Assembly: GCA_051294375.1 (NCBI GenBank)
Contig: CM119271.1
Span: forward strand, 9,042,120 to 9,106,119
Direction of reading: 5' to 3'
DNA length: 64,000 nucleotides
Source: Paraspadella gotoi
Lineage: Eukaryota; Animalia; Chaetognatha
Shown: positions 29,752-42,600 of the stretch, piece after piece
Layout: each line of letters begins with the position of its first letter
Numbering within the stretch: the stretch's first letter is position 1
Program-made: the position numbers and the translations under genes
The notes under the pieces: generated by a model
What the model was told of the DNA's origin: nothing
Database searches by the model: none
What the model saw: only the letters and a program-made list of their open reading frames with translations

Positions 29752-30833
29752 TGTTAAATCGTCGGGGGACTTGAAATAATCCATCTTAGACCACCGGGGG
29801 ATCTGAGACGAACTATTTAGCATCTGCCAAAACAAATTTGAAAGGAGTTCTTAATTTTCCTGCACTGCATAATAAAGCGTAGTAAAATTTTTAAATTTAA
29901 CTTTAATTAAAATTCTAAAAGTGAGGAACGAACAATATTATACTAATGAACATTTCTGTATAAAAAAATTTTATTATAAATTTCACAATTTACGCATTAG
30001 GCTATATTTATAAGAAATATATATAATTCCTTTATATTTTAAATTAAAAATTAACTTTTTATATATTAAATATAGTTTTTCTAATTTTTAACCCACTTGA
30101 TGAAAGAATTTTAAAAAATTAGTTATATTTTCTTTTATGAACCTTTGACGAGGAATTCAAATCTGAAATCTAAATTAAGAAAAGCTTATTTTGAATTTTT
30201 TGATTTTATATTTTATATATAAATATAGCCTAATGCGAAAATTGAAAAACATATAATTAATTTTTATTACAAATTAATGTTCACTGATGGTAATTTGTTC
30301 ATAATTAAGTTTTAGAATTTTCGTACGTAACTTTAACTACGCTCTATTGCATAATGAATATTACATGATTCGTAAAATTAAAATTCATCTCCGTAAAATC
30401 GAACTAGCTGAATAAGCTACATACAGTCTCTTGAGAACTCTATTTTGGCTTTTCGCTTTCAATATATTTTGAGTTGCGTAACTAGAAAGTTTCTCAGTCT
30501 AAAGAATAAAAGAGGTGCAAACATTATCCTCATCACTGACTTTATCACTGTAATTTCTGAAGGACAGCTATGAAATATGATTTATTTAATTCAAAAAAAT
30601 GAATAGTATAAAAAACTATCCTCAATATTTCATACTTCTCTGATTATAAAGACAATTGTTTGCAGCTTTTTTATTTTATTTATTTTATCTACACTCGCTT
30701 CATCTATCGTTACATAAAGCAATAAAAACTAAAAAACGACGCCCAATTTTATTAAAAAAAGTAAAAGTGAAAATGGAGAAATTGACATTTGCCGAGTTCT
30801 GAAATCCTCGTTGCGGCGTTCGACCCTTTGGCG

Positions 30834-30989
30834 ATGGTGACGAGGGCGGAGGAGATTCAGAGGGAATACACTTGCGGCGCCGGTTGCGCAATCATCATCG
30901 TCATCACCATCATCATGCTTGTCATGTCCATCACTCTCTTGGTCTCGGTGTTAAGACGGAGAAGACCTGATGACGAGAATTATGCTTAA
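30834..30989 (+). CDS. Putative 51-aa single-pass membrane micropeptide
   Basis: GC-rich island; MVTRAEEIQREYTCGAGC-AIIIVITIIMLVMSITLLVSVL-RRRRPDDENYA: hydrophobic helix followed by a basic stop-transfer cluster. Confidence 0.5.
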   Translation: MVTRAEEIQREYTCGAGCAIIIVITIIMLVMSITLLVSVLRRRRPDDENYA

Positions 30990-32266
30990 AAAAATAATTC
31001 GTTTTATGGTTCTGAATTTTTACCTCTTATTGTTTTTACGGCCTTTTAGAGATTTGACATTTGTTTTTGATTGCGTTATATCACTGAAGAATATAACATT
31101 TACCAAAAATATCCATCATTGACATTACAATCTAATGTTACAAATCTAGTATTACAACGTAACGGTCATCTTTTTTTATTCTTGCCGTTTTTGTCGTTTT
31201 CTACATCTAATGTCCATCCATCTCTCCAATCCAGTCCAAAGTCATATTCATGATTCTCAGTAACATTTTTCTATTTTCGTGGGAAATACTAAGTTAGATT
31301 CAGTATTACTTAGAACATATATTATGTAACCAATGGAGTAATGTAACCATGGAGTAATCAAATTTTAAGTTTTCGTGGATAACTTAGTTCCATATGAGTT
31401 TTTTGGCATTCCTGGAGATCAATGGAGGCCTATGGAAAAACGAAGAGCAAGGTTTTTCTTAAAGAATTAACGGAAAAAAAAAGAGGAACGAAATGGAACG
31501 GAAGAGGATAACATTTCGGGAAAAAAATAAAGGAATTCAGATATCATAATTTTTAGTCGGATCTGCTTATCAGCAGATCCCGACTCTATAACTCACTTTG
31601 TCGGTCCGTCGGTCCGCCCCCTCAATATTGTCGGGCACACACTTATATCATGTCAGAACATCGAATTATGATAAATTATGCAAAAAAAAACGATGTCCGT
31701 CTGTCCGTCCCACCTTAGCAAAAAACTCCAATTACTCGTGATTGTATGGATGGATTGGTATGAAATTTTGTGTGTGGGTAGGAAACTGTGTGATTGAGAT
31801 GGATATGAAGTTTCGAGGGAATCGTGCGAGTGGAAATTGATTTAAATGGAAAAAACAAAAAAATATATTTCACTATTTGAACGCCAATTGCTTATGACTG
31901 GATTGGGCAATTGACTTGAAATTTTGTATGATGGTAGGGAAGTGTGTGATTGAGCTGGAATATAATATGGAATCGTGCGAGTGGAAATGAGTTAAAATGG
32001 AAAAAACAAAAGTCATACTTACTTGAAGTATTTTTACTTAAATTTACTCATAATTATTATGTTTATTAAAAATTGGATAGATAAATCGAAATGGAATTTT
32101 GTGTGTGGGTAGGAAAGTATGTGATAAAGCTGGATATAAATTTTTTGATGGAATCGTAGGAGTGGAAAAGAGTTCAAATTAGAAAAACAAAAGACACATT
32201 TATTTGAATTTTTTAAAGTTTTTTCTCTCTCTATCTCTTTCTGATTGATTGATTGAAAAATATGCC

Positions 32267-33380
32267 AGTTGACCAAATTCTTAAAGTTGACCAATTATGC
32301 CAGTTGAACAAATTCTGCAAGTTGATCAAGTTCGGCAAGTTGACCAAATTATGCCTGTTGACCAAATTATGCCTGTTGACTAGGAGTCTACGTCGTTCTT
32401 AGAGATCGAGGAAGACTTTTTCAATGGAGATTTTCGTTCAAATCTGACTACCAAACAATATAAACGCTCCTGGTAAAAATTCTGGTAAAATATCGATGTA
32501 AAAACACTTGATTCCGATCCTGTTGCATCTGAAGGGCTCGCATTTTTTTTCTCTTGTCAAATCATCAACATCTTGATATCAAACAATCCAGAACAAATAG
32601 ACTGCTTCTGGACGGAAAAATTTTCCATCTCTGATTTTATATAGAAATGAAAGGGATTTTTTTCCTTGAAAACGATATAAACGTGACTGAGGTATGTTCC
32701 TGTTCAACAAATGAGGTTCAATTTTGGAATCCTTTGGCAAAGTGTCTGAAGGGCTCTCAAAATTTTTCTTTACATTTTATTAGGTATTTTTGATATGATA
32801 CGATCATGGTAAAGTGAATTAGTCCATTTTGGTGAAATTTTTATTAAAGTAAAGTAAAAGAGGATCTAACGATTGGAATTCTAAGAGTTTTCAACGGGAG
32901 TCAGATTCGGGAAAAATCTTCTATGGCGAAAATCTTCCAAAGAAGGGGTGAATTTTTCCAAGATTTTGATTAATATTTTCTATATTTATAGTCGGATTTT
33001 TTTGAAACTTAATATTAACAATATTGCCATCATTCTACCTTGGCCGGTATAAGAATATATTAAAAAAACCTCGGGCTTTGTTCGTCAGAGCTTAGTCCTA
33101 CCTGTTGACCAAATTATGCCTGTTGACCAAATCATGCCAGTTGACCAAATTATGCCATTGACCAAATTAGGCCAGTTGATAAAATTATGCCAGTTGACCA
33201 AATTATGCCAGTTGACCAAATTATCTTAATTGATCAAATTATGTCAGTTGACCAAATTATGTCAGTTGACCAATTATGTCAGTTGACCAAATTATGTCAG
33301 TTGACCAAATTATGTCAGTTGACAAATTATGTCAGTTGACCAAATTATGCAAGTTGATTAAATTATGCAAGTTGACCAAG
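32267..33380 (+). repeat. 18-bp minisatellite GTTGACCAAATTATG(C/T)CA, two blocks (~32267-32380, ~33100-33380)
   Basis: Head-to-tail units with no spacers, interrupted by ~720 bp of unrelated sequence. Confidence 0.9.
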
Positions 33381-34015
33381 ATAGCTTATTACCACTTAAT
33401 TATCGATTGACCTGGAATTTTGTATGCGAGTAGAAAAGTGTGTGATTGAACAGGAAACCAAGTTTCGATGGAATCTTTTGAGTGGAAATGAGTTTAAATG
33501 GAAAAAAAAAAACCTGTTTCACTAATTGATTATGATTCTTTTTCCTTTTATATTAAATGTATATGCAGGATGTATTAATAAATCAAATAATTAATCAGTT
33601 AATTAATCAATTAGTTAATTAATCAATAATTAATTAGTCAATTAATCCGTCCATCCGTCCCACCTTAGCAAAAAGCTCCAATAACTCGTGATTGGCTGGT
33701 TGGATTGGAAAGAAATTTTGTGTGTGGGTAGGAAAGTGTGTGATAAAGCTGGATATAAAGTTTCGACGGAATCGTGTGAGTTTAAGAGGAAAAAACATAA
33801 GTCACATTTACTAAAATATTTTTAATTATTTTAACCAATAAGTACTCTAATTAATCATAATTGGATGATAGATTGAGTTCAAATTTTTTGTGTGGGTAGA
33901 AAAATGTGTAACGATGCTTGATATAAAGTTTCGGTGGAAACGTACGAGTGGAAATGAGTTTAAATAAAAAAAATATGAGTCACATTTACTTGAATCTTTT
34001 TACTTATTTTAACCC

Positions 34016-34160
34016 TTCTTCAGCGTCAATGATTTGTGAAGAAGGCTTGCATCCAAAGCCGAAACATGTACGTTTTCTATGATAAAATAAAATTCGTTGT
34101 GAAACAAAAATCATTTTGCCCAAATACATACAACAACGAAAAGAAAGGTTATTACCACCA
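34016..34160 (+). mobile_element. 145-bp retroposed insert with 12-bp TSD carrying a degenerate minimal hammerhead-like motif (Penelope-like terminal fragment)
   Basis: TTATTTTAACCC duplicated at 34004-34015 and 34161-34172; insert absent from the sister HINE copy. Core gTGAAGA-aGGCTT gcatcca AAGCC-GAAAC-AT-GTA. Confidence 0.6.
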
Positions 34161-34769
34161 TTATTTTAACCCATAATAGATTGAGATGAAATTTTGTGAG
34201 TGGGTAGGAAAGTGTGTGAAGAAGCTAGATATAAAGTTTTGACGGAATTGTGCCAGTGGAAATGAGTTTAAATGGAAAAAACATAGTTACATTTACTTGA
34301 ATCTTTAATATTAATGATTACTGATAAATGTTTTAATTAATTAATTAATTAATTAATGTGAAAAATGATGCAAGTTAAAAAAATCTTAAAAGCATAAAGA
34401 TCGTCGCAATTGCATAAAAAGAGAGAGAGTGAGAGAGACAAGGAGACATAAAATAAAATAAAGGATATTTGTTTGTTTTGATAAAATTAACAAAACATAT
34501 TTAATAACTGTCCTAACCCAATTTTAAGGACATCGATGATGATAAGTTGAATATAAATTTAAAATTAATTATTACATATTAAAATTAATTAATTAATCGA
34601 TTAATTAATTATCGTAGGCAGATCCGACATTGTTTGCTCAAACTTGTTCTTTTAATATTTTTTATTTTTGTTATATGAAATTAGTACAACCAATATATAT
34701 TTGGGTAAAAATTATGGTTACAATAAATTATGGTTAAGAATAAATTATGAATAAGTGTAAGTTAATAAG

Positions 34770-35350
34770 AACAACGTTTGAGCCCAAACAACTGTTCGGC
34801 ATCTGCCTACGATATAATAATTACCATTGATTAATTAATTAATTAATAGATTAATCTAATTAAATTAATAAAAAATAGTTAATTAATTAATAGATTAATT
34901 AATTAATTAATCTAATATGATTGAATTTATAATTTATATTCAGCTTGTCATCATCGATGTCCTTAAAAATTGAGTCAGGGACAGTTATTAAATGTTTTGT
35001 TTACATTTTATCAAAACAAACAAATATCCTCTATTATCGAGCCAGGCGGGGCAAACCGTTCACTTCTGATCTTTTTTTCGCGGTTTAGCTTCTCGCGTCT
35101 CGCTTTTTTGCAATCATGGCTTCTGAAAGTGTAATATGACGTTACATCTTCATTATATCGGCTTCTAATCATCATACACGATCTTATAATAATTCTCATG
35201 TTTCATATCAATATTGGTATTTGTTATATGTTTATTTACAAAAAAACAAAACGTTTTAATTATATGTCGCTCTCTCTCCTCTCTCTTTTTCTTCCGTCTA
35301 CTGCTTCTTTCTAAAAAAGAGTTCCGGCTGCAGCGTTCTGTCCAGCTTCT

Positions 35351-35390
<40 letters not shown>

Positions 35391-35918
35391 CTTTTTTTTT
35401 TACAAAAAATTTTTAGATTATAATGTGGTTCACTAATGTAAAATAATGCGCGCGAACAGGGCACAACCGGGTCCTTTGGGTAGAGAATGCTCACGCTACG
35501 TGCGGCGGCCATAAGTACTGCTGATTTTTTAACGAGTAAAGGGCTGTAGAGCTTCTCTCTCTCTCTCTCTCTTTTAATTATTATATATCGCTCTTTCTCT
35601 TTCTCTTTTTCTCTGCAGCGGCTGTTCTCTTCTCTTCTTTTTCTCTCTCTCTCTCTGCTCTCTCTGTCTCTACTGTGTGTGTCTGTCCCTATCTGTCCGA
35701 ACTTTTGCGTAGATCGTTTGTTTTTTTGAAAATTCTGATTATTTATGTTTCCTTCTGTAAAAACTTTTTATTATTGGCCATTTTATTCCGCGCCTTTTTT
35801 TGCAATACAAAAATCCATATTTTCATGCACGAGAATTTCGTGGATTATATTCTCTTTCTTTCTCTCTCTCTTCTCTCTATCTCCTCTTTCTCTCTCATCC
35901 ATCTCTTTTCTTCTCTCT

Positions 35919-35970
<52 letters not shown>

Positions 35971-37692
35971 ATTCACTCGGCACGCATTTGTTTTGTTTTA
36001 TTGACTATGCATCGCATCAAATGAATGTACAATCATAAGCATCAATGAAAATGACAATCATCGCATGATCTTGATGACTATCATCACAGCAGTGAATGAT
36101 ATCATCGCATCAATGGATTCGATTATCATCGAATCAATAATCAATTCCTATTACATCATACTAAATTTACTATTACATCAATCAATTAGTAATTACCTTC
36201 AATCAATTACTGTACATCAACATCTCGTTAATCGCATGATTCATTCGTTTTTCACGGTTTTTTTCAATTAATTTCTCATGATTAGTTGGCTCTGGCTGCG
36301 ATCCTTGAGTCCTTTTAAAGATTTTTTTACTTTTATGTCTTCCTTCTCTCAATCGTCGTCTCTCATCACTCATCGGTCTCCATCTTCTCTCCACTCTCTC
36401 TCTGTCTCCTCACTCTCTCTTTTCTCTCTCTTCTCTCTCTTTATGCAATAGTGACGACCTTTATATGCTTATTAAGATTTTTTTTTAACTTGCATCATTT
36501 TTTCAATCTTGCATTAATCTTTCAAACTTGCCATTCCGTCAAAACTTTTATATCTCTTCTTCCACTCATCCTTTCCTACCGCTCACAAAATTCTCATCTC
36601 ATCTATCCATGGGTTAAAATGAAATAAAAAGATTCAAGTAAATGTGACTCTATTTTTTTCATTTAAAAACTCATTTCCACTGGTACGTTTCCACTGAACT
36701 TTTATATCAGCGTTCTTCCACAACGTTTTCCTATCCCACACAATTTCAACTCAATCTTCCATCCATTATGATTAATTGGAGTTTTTTGTTAAAATAAATA
36801 AAAAGATTTTAGTAAATTCGACTTATTGGTTTTTTTCCATTTAAATAATTTCCACTCACCAGACGATTCATCGAAATTTTGTATATCAGCTTTATCACAC
36901 ACTTTCCTACACCACACACAAAATTTAATTCCAAATCCAACCAGGCCAATCACGAGTTATTGGAGCTTTTTGTAAGATGGGAACGGAATGGACCGGAATT
37001 TGATTTGACTAATTAATTAATTATTGATTATTTATTTACTAATTGATTAATTAACTGATTAATTATTTGATTTATTAATACATCCTGCAGATACACGTTT
37101 AATATAAAGGAAAAAGAAGCATAATCAATTAGTAAAAACAGGTTTTTTGGTTTTTTCCACTTTAAACTCTTTCCACTTCAAATATTCCCATCGAACTTGA
37201 TATTCCTGTTCCAATATCCACACTTACCTACATCATACAAAATTGCAGGTCATAGCCCACATCCGTCATTCATGAGCAATTGCGATTCAAATATTTGAAT
37301 ATATTTTTTGTGTTTTTCCATTTAAACTCAATTTCCACTTCCGACGATTCATCGATACTTCATATCCATGCTCAGATCACACAGCTTACCTACTCACACA
37401 CATTTCTATCTAATCCATCCATCCAATCACGAGTAATGTGGATTTTTTTGCTAAGGTGGGAACCGGACCGGCCGGTACGGACGACCGACGGAACAGACCC
37501 CGGACGGGGGACCAGGGTCCGATCATTTTTTTTGCTAATTTATATAATTCGATTGTTCTGAACACCTGATTATAAGGTGGTGTGCCCGCACAATATTGAG
37601 GGGGTCGTGACCGACGACGAACAAAAGTGGAAGTTATTAAAAGTGTAAGTTTATGAGTCCGGGATCTGCTGAAGTGGCAGGATCCGACTAAA
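34770..37692 (-). mobile_element. Helentron / DINE-1-like element, copy 2 (inverted, tail-to-tail with copy 1)
   Basis: Reverse complement shows the same subTIRs, GTCC repeats, internal repeats and 3' hairpin GTTTGGGCTCAAAC. Carries a different insertion (~35040-36330) with (CT)n tracts. Confidence 0.72.
35270..36440 (+). repeat. (CT)n/(TC)n microsatellite tracts
   Basis: Multiple CT dinucleotide runs, longest ~35920-35967. Confidence 0.9.
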
Positions 37693-37704
37693 CCACAATA
37701 AGTT

Positions 37705-37790
37705 GGGGGGAAGTTAGGGTTAGGTTAGGGGTAAGGGTAAGTTTGGGTTAGGGGTAAGTTTGGGTTAGGGGTAAGTTAGGGGTAAATTAA
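37705..37790 (+). repeat. Degenerate TTAGGG/GGGGTAAG telomere-like tract inside the host MITE
   Basis: gttagggttaggttaggggtaagggtaagtttgggttagggg...; complementary version at ~46985-47045. Confidence 0.7.
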
Positions 37791-38665
37791 AGTTAAATTT
37801 AAAATCAAGTTTCGGCTTAACCATACAATAATTTAACTTTTTAAAAAATAATATCTAATTATTAATAAATTTATAAAAAAATATATTAATAATATTTATA
37901 AAGTAACAAAGTTTTTATTTATGATTACAATGATCATTTAATAATTCTTTCTCTATTTCTCAAAGTTAGTATCCAAATATTTATTAAAAATATTAAAACT
38001 GGCTGATTAAAGTTCAAAAAACAATAACCAAACCATATCCGAATTATTAAATGATCGTAGTTATCACAAATAAACTTATTTTGTAAATATCTATCAAAGG
38101 CAATAAAAAAAATTACAATTACTAATATTTAAAAACATTTTTTAAAGACTTAAAAAGAAATCCTTGGCTCGTGAAGCTTAAAAACGTTTTTAATATCATT
38201 GTTGTTACGGTTTTAAATTTTCTTTTCTGTAAAGAAACGAACTTTATTTTTTCTTCTTCTTTCTCTTCGTTTTCCCATAAGCCTCCAGAGCATATTCAAC
38301 TCCGGGATCGCCGATGACGCGATGTTCTTTTATTCCTGACTCAGCGATTTTTCTGTGAAATTAGACCAAAAAAGCCTTTTGCGTCAACATGGTAGCGCCC
38401 ATATTGCATGCATTAACGTAATTTTAACGAGAATTGATTTAAAAATCATCATTATTATTAATTATTGTGAAATTAAAATTAGGTTGTAGTTTCTCTTGAT
38501 ATTATAGTTCAAAGGAACGTAATGGATTGTTGCAAACTATTTCGAAATATTTCTTATCTTTTTTTGATACAAGCTGATAAATTTTTTTCTCTTGGAAATA
38601 CTGCTACTTCCTATTTTGTCGACTTTTAAAATAAATTCTTTTTTGTTTAATTTTTTTAAGTCCAA

Positions 38666-39485
38666 ATGTCACGCCCGGATACCGTGATGTCACGATCAAA
38701 CGACATCGTTAACCAATTCCGTGACCTTGAAGAAAAGGTGAGGGATTTATTCCCGGATCGCATTGTATATATACTGTAGTAGAAAAAACATTATTTCCCC
38801 TTTGTAACAGATTGGCTGCTCCTCTAAGGACTTTTCGTCTTACCTGATGGAAAGTTATCTTGCTTATAACAATTACGAAGTTAAACAATCTTTGGTGGAG
38901 ACTGAAACTGGTAAAATTTATTCGCGTAGATTTGCTTATGAAAATTGGGTCAAATAATCCTGATCATGTGGTTTTGCCACGTATGAATTAACTTGTCTTA
39001 GAATAACTAAAGGGAGATAAACTTAGTTGATAGTTTAAAAGTATTTATGATGATGAGGCTTAAAAATAGGGCAATCGCGCTCACCCGAATTTATCGCTAA
39101 ATTAAGATTTATATTATTATTGTCAACATAAATATTCATTTGAATGTGTTACAAGAATTATCAGCGAGAGATGTCGAGCCAGAGATGGGAAGGCCACGCA
39201 AGATTGCGATCTTTCTCAATTTATTGCCGTAGTCTATTCGCTTCATAGCGATGTTTGACCCCTCTTCATTGTCTTCAAGCCAACCTCGAAGCGACGAAAG
39301 AGTTGGAAGATTCTTTACGCTCATTTCTCGACTCACTCCCCGAGAAGCCGGACGAGGCCCTCGACGTGACTGAGGCCGATGTGGACGCGACAAAGGGTTC
39401 CGGCGCCTTCCGACAGGCGACCAAGAAAAGGGTCGCCAATGCGGATTCCATTCCGGCATTTCCGCAGGAACAGTTTTCCTCGTAG
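38666..39485 (+). CDS. Short coiled-coil protein of 3-4 exons, weakly reminiscent of the SKA1 N-terminal half
   Basis: Exons MSRPDTVMSRSNDIVNQFRDLEEK | IGCSSKDFSSYLMESY.. | ANLEATKELEDSLRSFLDSLPEKP..IPAFPQEQFSS-stop with GT-AG junctions. Inclusion of the ~39157 exon is unclear and the family call is only impressionistic. Confidence 0.5.
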
Positions 39486-39633
39486 CTAGTTAGGGTTGTT
39501 CCTTAATTTCGTTTTCTGTATCATCTTGTTCGGTTCAGATTCCACAATCAATTTCTTTTTTTTAATTTTGTTTTTTTCTTATTCTGTAAAAAAAGCCATT
39601 TTCCTCATTAAACAACCTATATTCAAAAGTGCC

Positions 39634-42600
39634 ATGGCTGAAAAAATCTCAAATATCAAGGCTTTCGTCGTTGGATATACCGGACAGGTCCTTAGTTTAA
39701 ATAACGATTGATTTTTTTTCCCTTCTTTTTTGATGTTTAACTAATTTATTTTGCATCGACGTTCATCTAGATCGGTCTCAAGTTAATTGAAGAATTAGTA
39801 ACCAACGAATATTTTTCTGCCGTAAAGCTTGTTGGGAGGTGACTGCCATATTGAATATTGATACTGATGACGATAAATACTTTGATAATTTAACTTAGCA
39901 TATGTAATGTAAATATGTTTATTCAGGAGAGAAGTAGAAGATTTCAAACAAGAAAAATACTCCAAATTCACTCAGCACTGTGTGAATTTTGAGGTAAATT
40001 TTTGTAGGTTGGTATTTTTAACTATTAACTATTAATGCCCTTTGATAAGCACTGTTGCAAAAACCACTTTTGCCACTGCCCCCAAAAAAATCACAGCAGC
40101 TCTTCATAAACGCTTCTGAAAGATTGAGCCATAGCTCAGAAACGGTTTACCCTAGCCTAGGCTATCAATATTTTGGTTGAAAGTCATATGAGTCCCCCCA
40201 TTAAAAAGCCCTTTTTAGCAAAGTTAAAGAGAATTTGATATGGATAATATCAAGTCGGAAAATCATTCAGCCAGAGTGGCCACTACAGTATGAAATTGAA
40301 AAAAAAATTTATAGCATCTTAAAATTGCTTTAAAAAAAAATAAAATAAAATAAAAATAACTTTCAAACTGCTGTAGCTTAATGGCCATAGGGTAATAAAT
40401 ATAAAATGTCCCAGTAAATATTTCTAAATTGAGTTCTTCATTTGCTCTCTTTAGAATTTTCCTTTTAGCATATAAAGGAGTTACCAGAACGTATTTTGTT
40501 GGTTTTGGGTATGCTGAAATTGTTGCTTGCAGCACCCTTATGTATGGCTCTAATCAACTGGGCTTTAGTGCACGGTTTCCCGACCTAGTATACTAGTTAT
40601 TCTTATTCTTAATAGCCTTAAAAATATAATATACTACTAGGGAATGTAACATACTTTAGTAGTGATTTTAAGCTGAAATCCGGCGCGGAGCAAATTCAGC
40701 CAACACTGCATTCTTCTCGGTACCGTGGCGTATTGTGCGAACATGAAAAAAATAAAACCCGTTTCAGAAAGAGAAAACATCAGTGATTATTTTGATGTAT
40801 TATAAAATAAAATTCAATAATTAGTTGCCATTTAAATCTAATAGTAAATTATATTCTAAGTTTTGATTCACTACCCTGTAAATAAATATTGACTCAATTT
40901 TACTTACGCCGACCGCGGTTTTGGCGGCTTTTGAGAAATCATTTAAAAATATTTATTTTTTTAAAAAAATTTTAAAATATATTAACTAATTACCTTTTAA
41001 CCCTAACCACCCCTAACCTTAAACCACTCTTAACCCTAACCCCGTTCGGTGAAAGTAAAAGTAACTAAATATTTTTAAGTGGTTTTTTCAAAAACCGCGG
41101 TTCGCGAAAGTAAAATTTAGCCAGTTGTATTATAATTGAAGTAGATGCTAGATATATATATAAATATTATATTGGCCAATACCTTATAAAGGAGAATTAT
41201 AAATAGTATTTATTACAAGAAATTGAGCGTTTCTTTAAATCATGGTGAGCTTTTGCTTTTAAATTTCAAAATGACTAAGTATGTATAATTACATTGTATA
41301 TTATAATAACATAGTATATTATAATAACATAGTATATTATTTAGTTTGTGTATTTTCGGACATTTTCCAAGTAAGAGAAAAAAAAAGTAATTTCTTCAGA
41401 AATTGGAAGATCACCCAGAGGCCTTCAATGATACGCAAGTCGGCTTTTGCACATTGGGCACCACCAGAGCAAAATCTGGGGCTGATGGATTCCGAAAGGT
41501 CGACCCTTGACGATTTCAAAGCTGAAAATGAAGATTTTGAATGCTCGTTTTACATTTTAGGTGGATTTTGATTTCGTCCTCGCTTCGGCTAAAGCTGCCA
41601 AGAGTGCCGGAGTCGATGAATTCCACCTTGTGACATCTCAGGGATCCAATAAAGATGCTTTTTTTCTTTACCCTAAAACCAAGGGAGAGATTGAAGAGGC
41701 AATCAAAGATCTCGGTTTCGATAGATACTACGTCTACCGTCCCGCATTTTTAATCGGTAGATTACCTACTAGTACTAGTACTAGACTTTTATTTCGAATA
41801 TATCAGCTTTATACCGAACTTGGATAAATTTTGGTTGAATAAATCTAAAAACTATGCTGAAAAAAAAATTATTAAAAAAAAATTGAAAGCACAAAACAGA
41901 AGTCCATATAATGATTAAATAGTGGACGCAAAATTACGTTTGATAACTGAGAATAGATTCGGTCTTTGCATACCAGAAGAAAATTGAAAGTAGAAATAAT
42001 AATTTATTCATAATGAATTAGCACAGTACTTCGAAGACTTCTGTCTTCCTCTAAGGTGCAAACATAAAGTGAAAAAAAATTTTGTATCTATTAGGTTCAC
42101 ATAACTTGCTTCACAGAAGTCTCTTCCCTTTCACTATTTTTAATCATGTAAGTTTCTTCTTCTANNNNNNNNNNGAAATCCGCGTTCCGGGCCAATAGAA
42201 AACAGAAAATTACGGAGCTGAACACAGAAATATAATTTGGATTTAAGATGAGGAAATTATAATTACTTGAAAAGACCGAGGAATCTGGTAATGGTAGAAT
42301 TTAATGAGTGACATTCAAGAGTAAAAAAATACAAAATTTACTGGCAATTTAAAGGGAAAATTGATGAAGGTGATCTCCGGGCTTATACGAGTCAAACGAA
42401 TTAAAAACAGAGAAAGATCAAGCGAAAAATATTTGGCCAAAACCACTGGCCAGTTGGTCGTGGTGGCATCTTCCACATATTGATAAAATTTAAATAAGTT
42501 AATTGGTGATAATTTAATTACAATTTAAAAACAAAGTTGACTACAATTGGATAATGACTCCCATAGTACTCCACACTCAGCGGTAAAAAACTTGTAATAT

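Larger units (their letters stand above)
31553..34648 (+). mobile_element. Non-autonomous Helentron / DINE-1-like (HINE) element, copy 1
   Basis: 5' subTIR AGTCGGATCTGC with nearby inverted GCAGATCCCGACT, (GTCC/GTCT)n microsatellite, internal ~130-bp repeats (gaaattttgtgtgtgggtagg...), 3' subTIR GCAGATCCGAC followed by short hairpin GTTTG-CT-CAAAC, T-rich insertion site. Confidence 0.75.
31400..38320. mobile_element. Host MITE split by two nested insertions
   Basis: Inverted ends (ggaggcctatggaaaaacgaagag ~31424 / ctcttcgttttcccataagcctcc ~38263). Pieces 31400-31552 + 34649-34769 + 37693-37790 reassemble into the reverse complement of 46985-47555 (ignoring the SINE there). Confidence 0.65.

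Noticed and set aside
32267-33380. CRISPR-like array
   Set aside because: 18-bp units are head-to-tail without unique spacers, in a eukaryotic TE context: a minisatellite.
35165-36394. ORFs with LSLSLS / RERERE
   Set aside because: Translations of (CT)n microsatellites.
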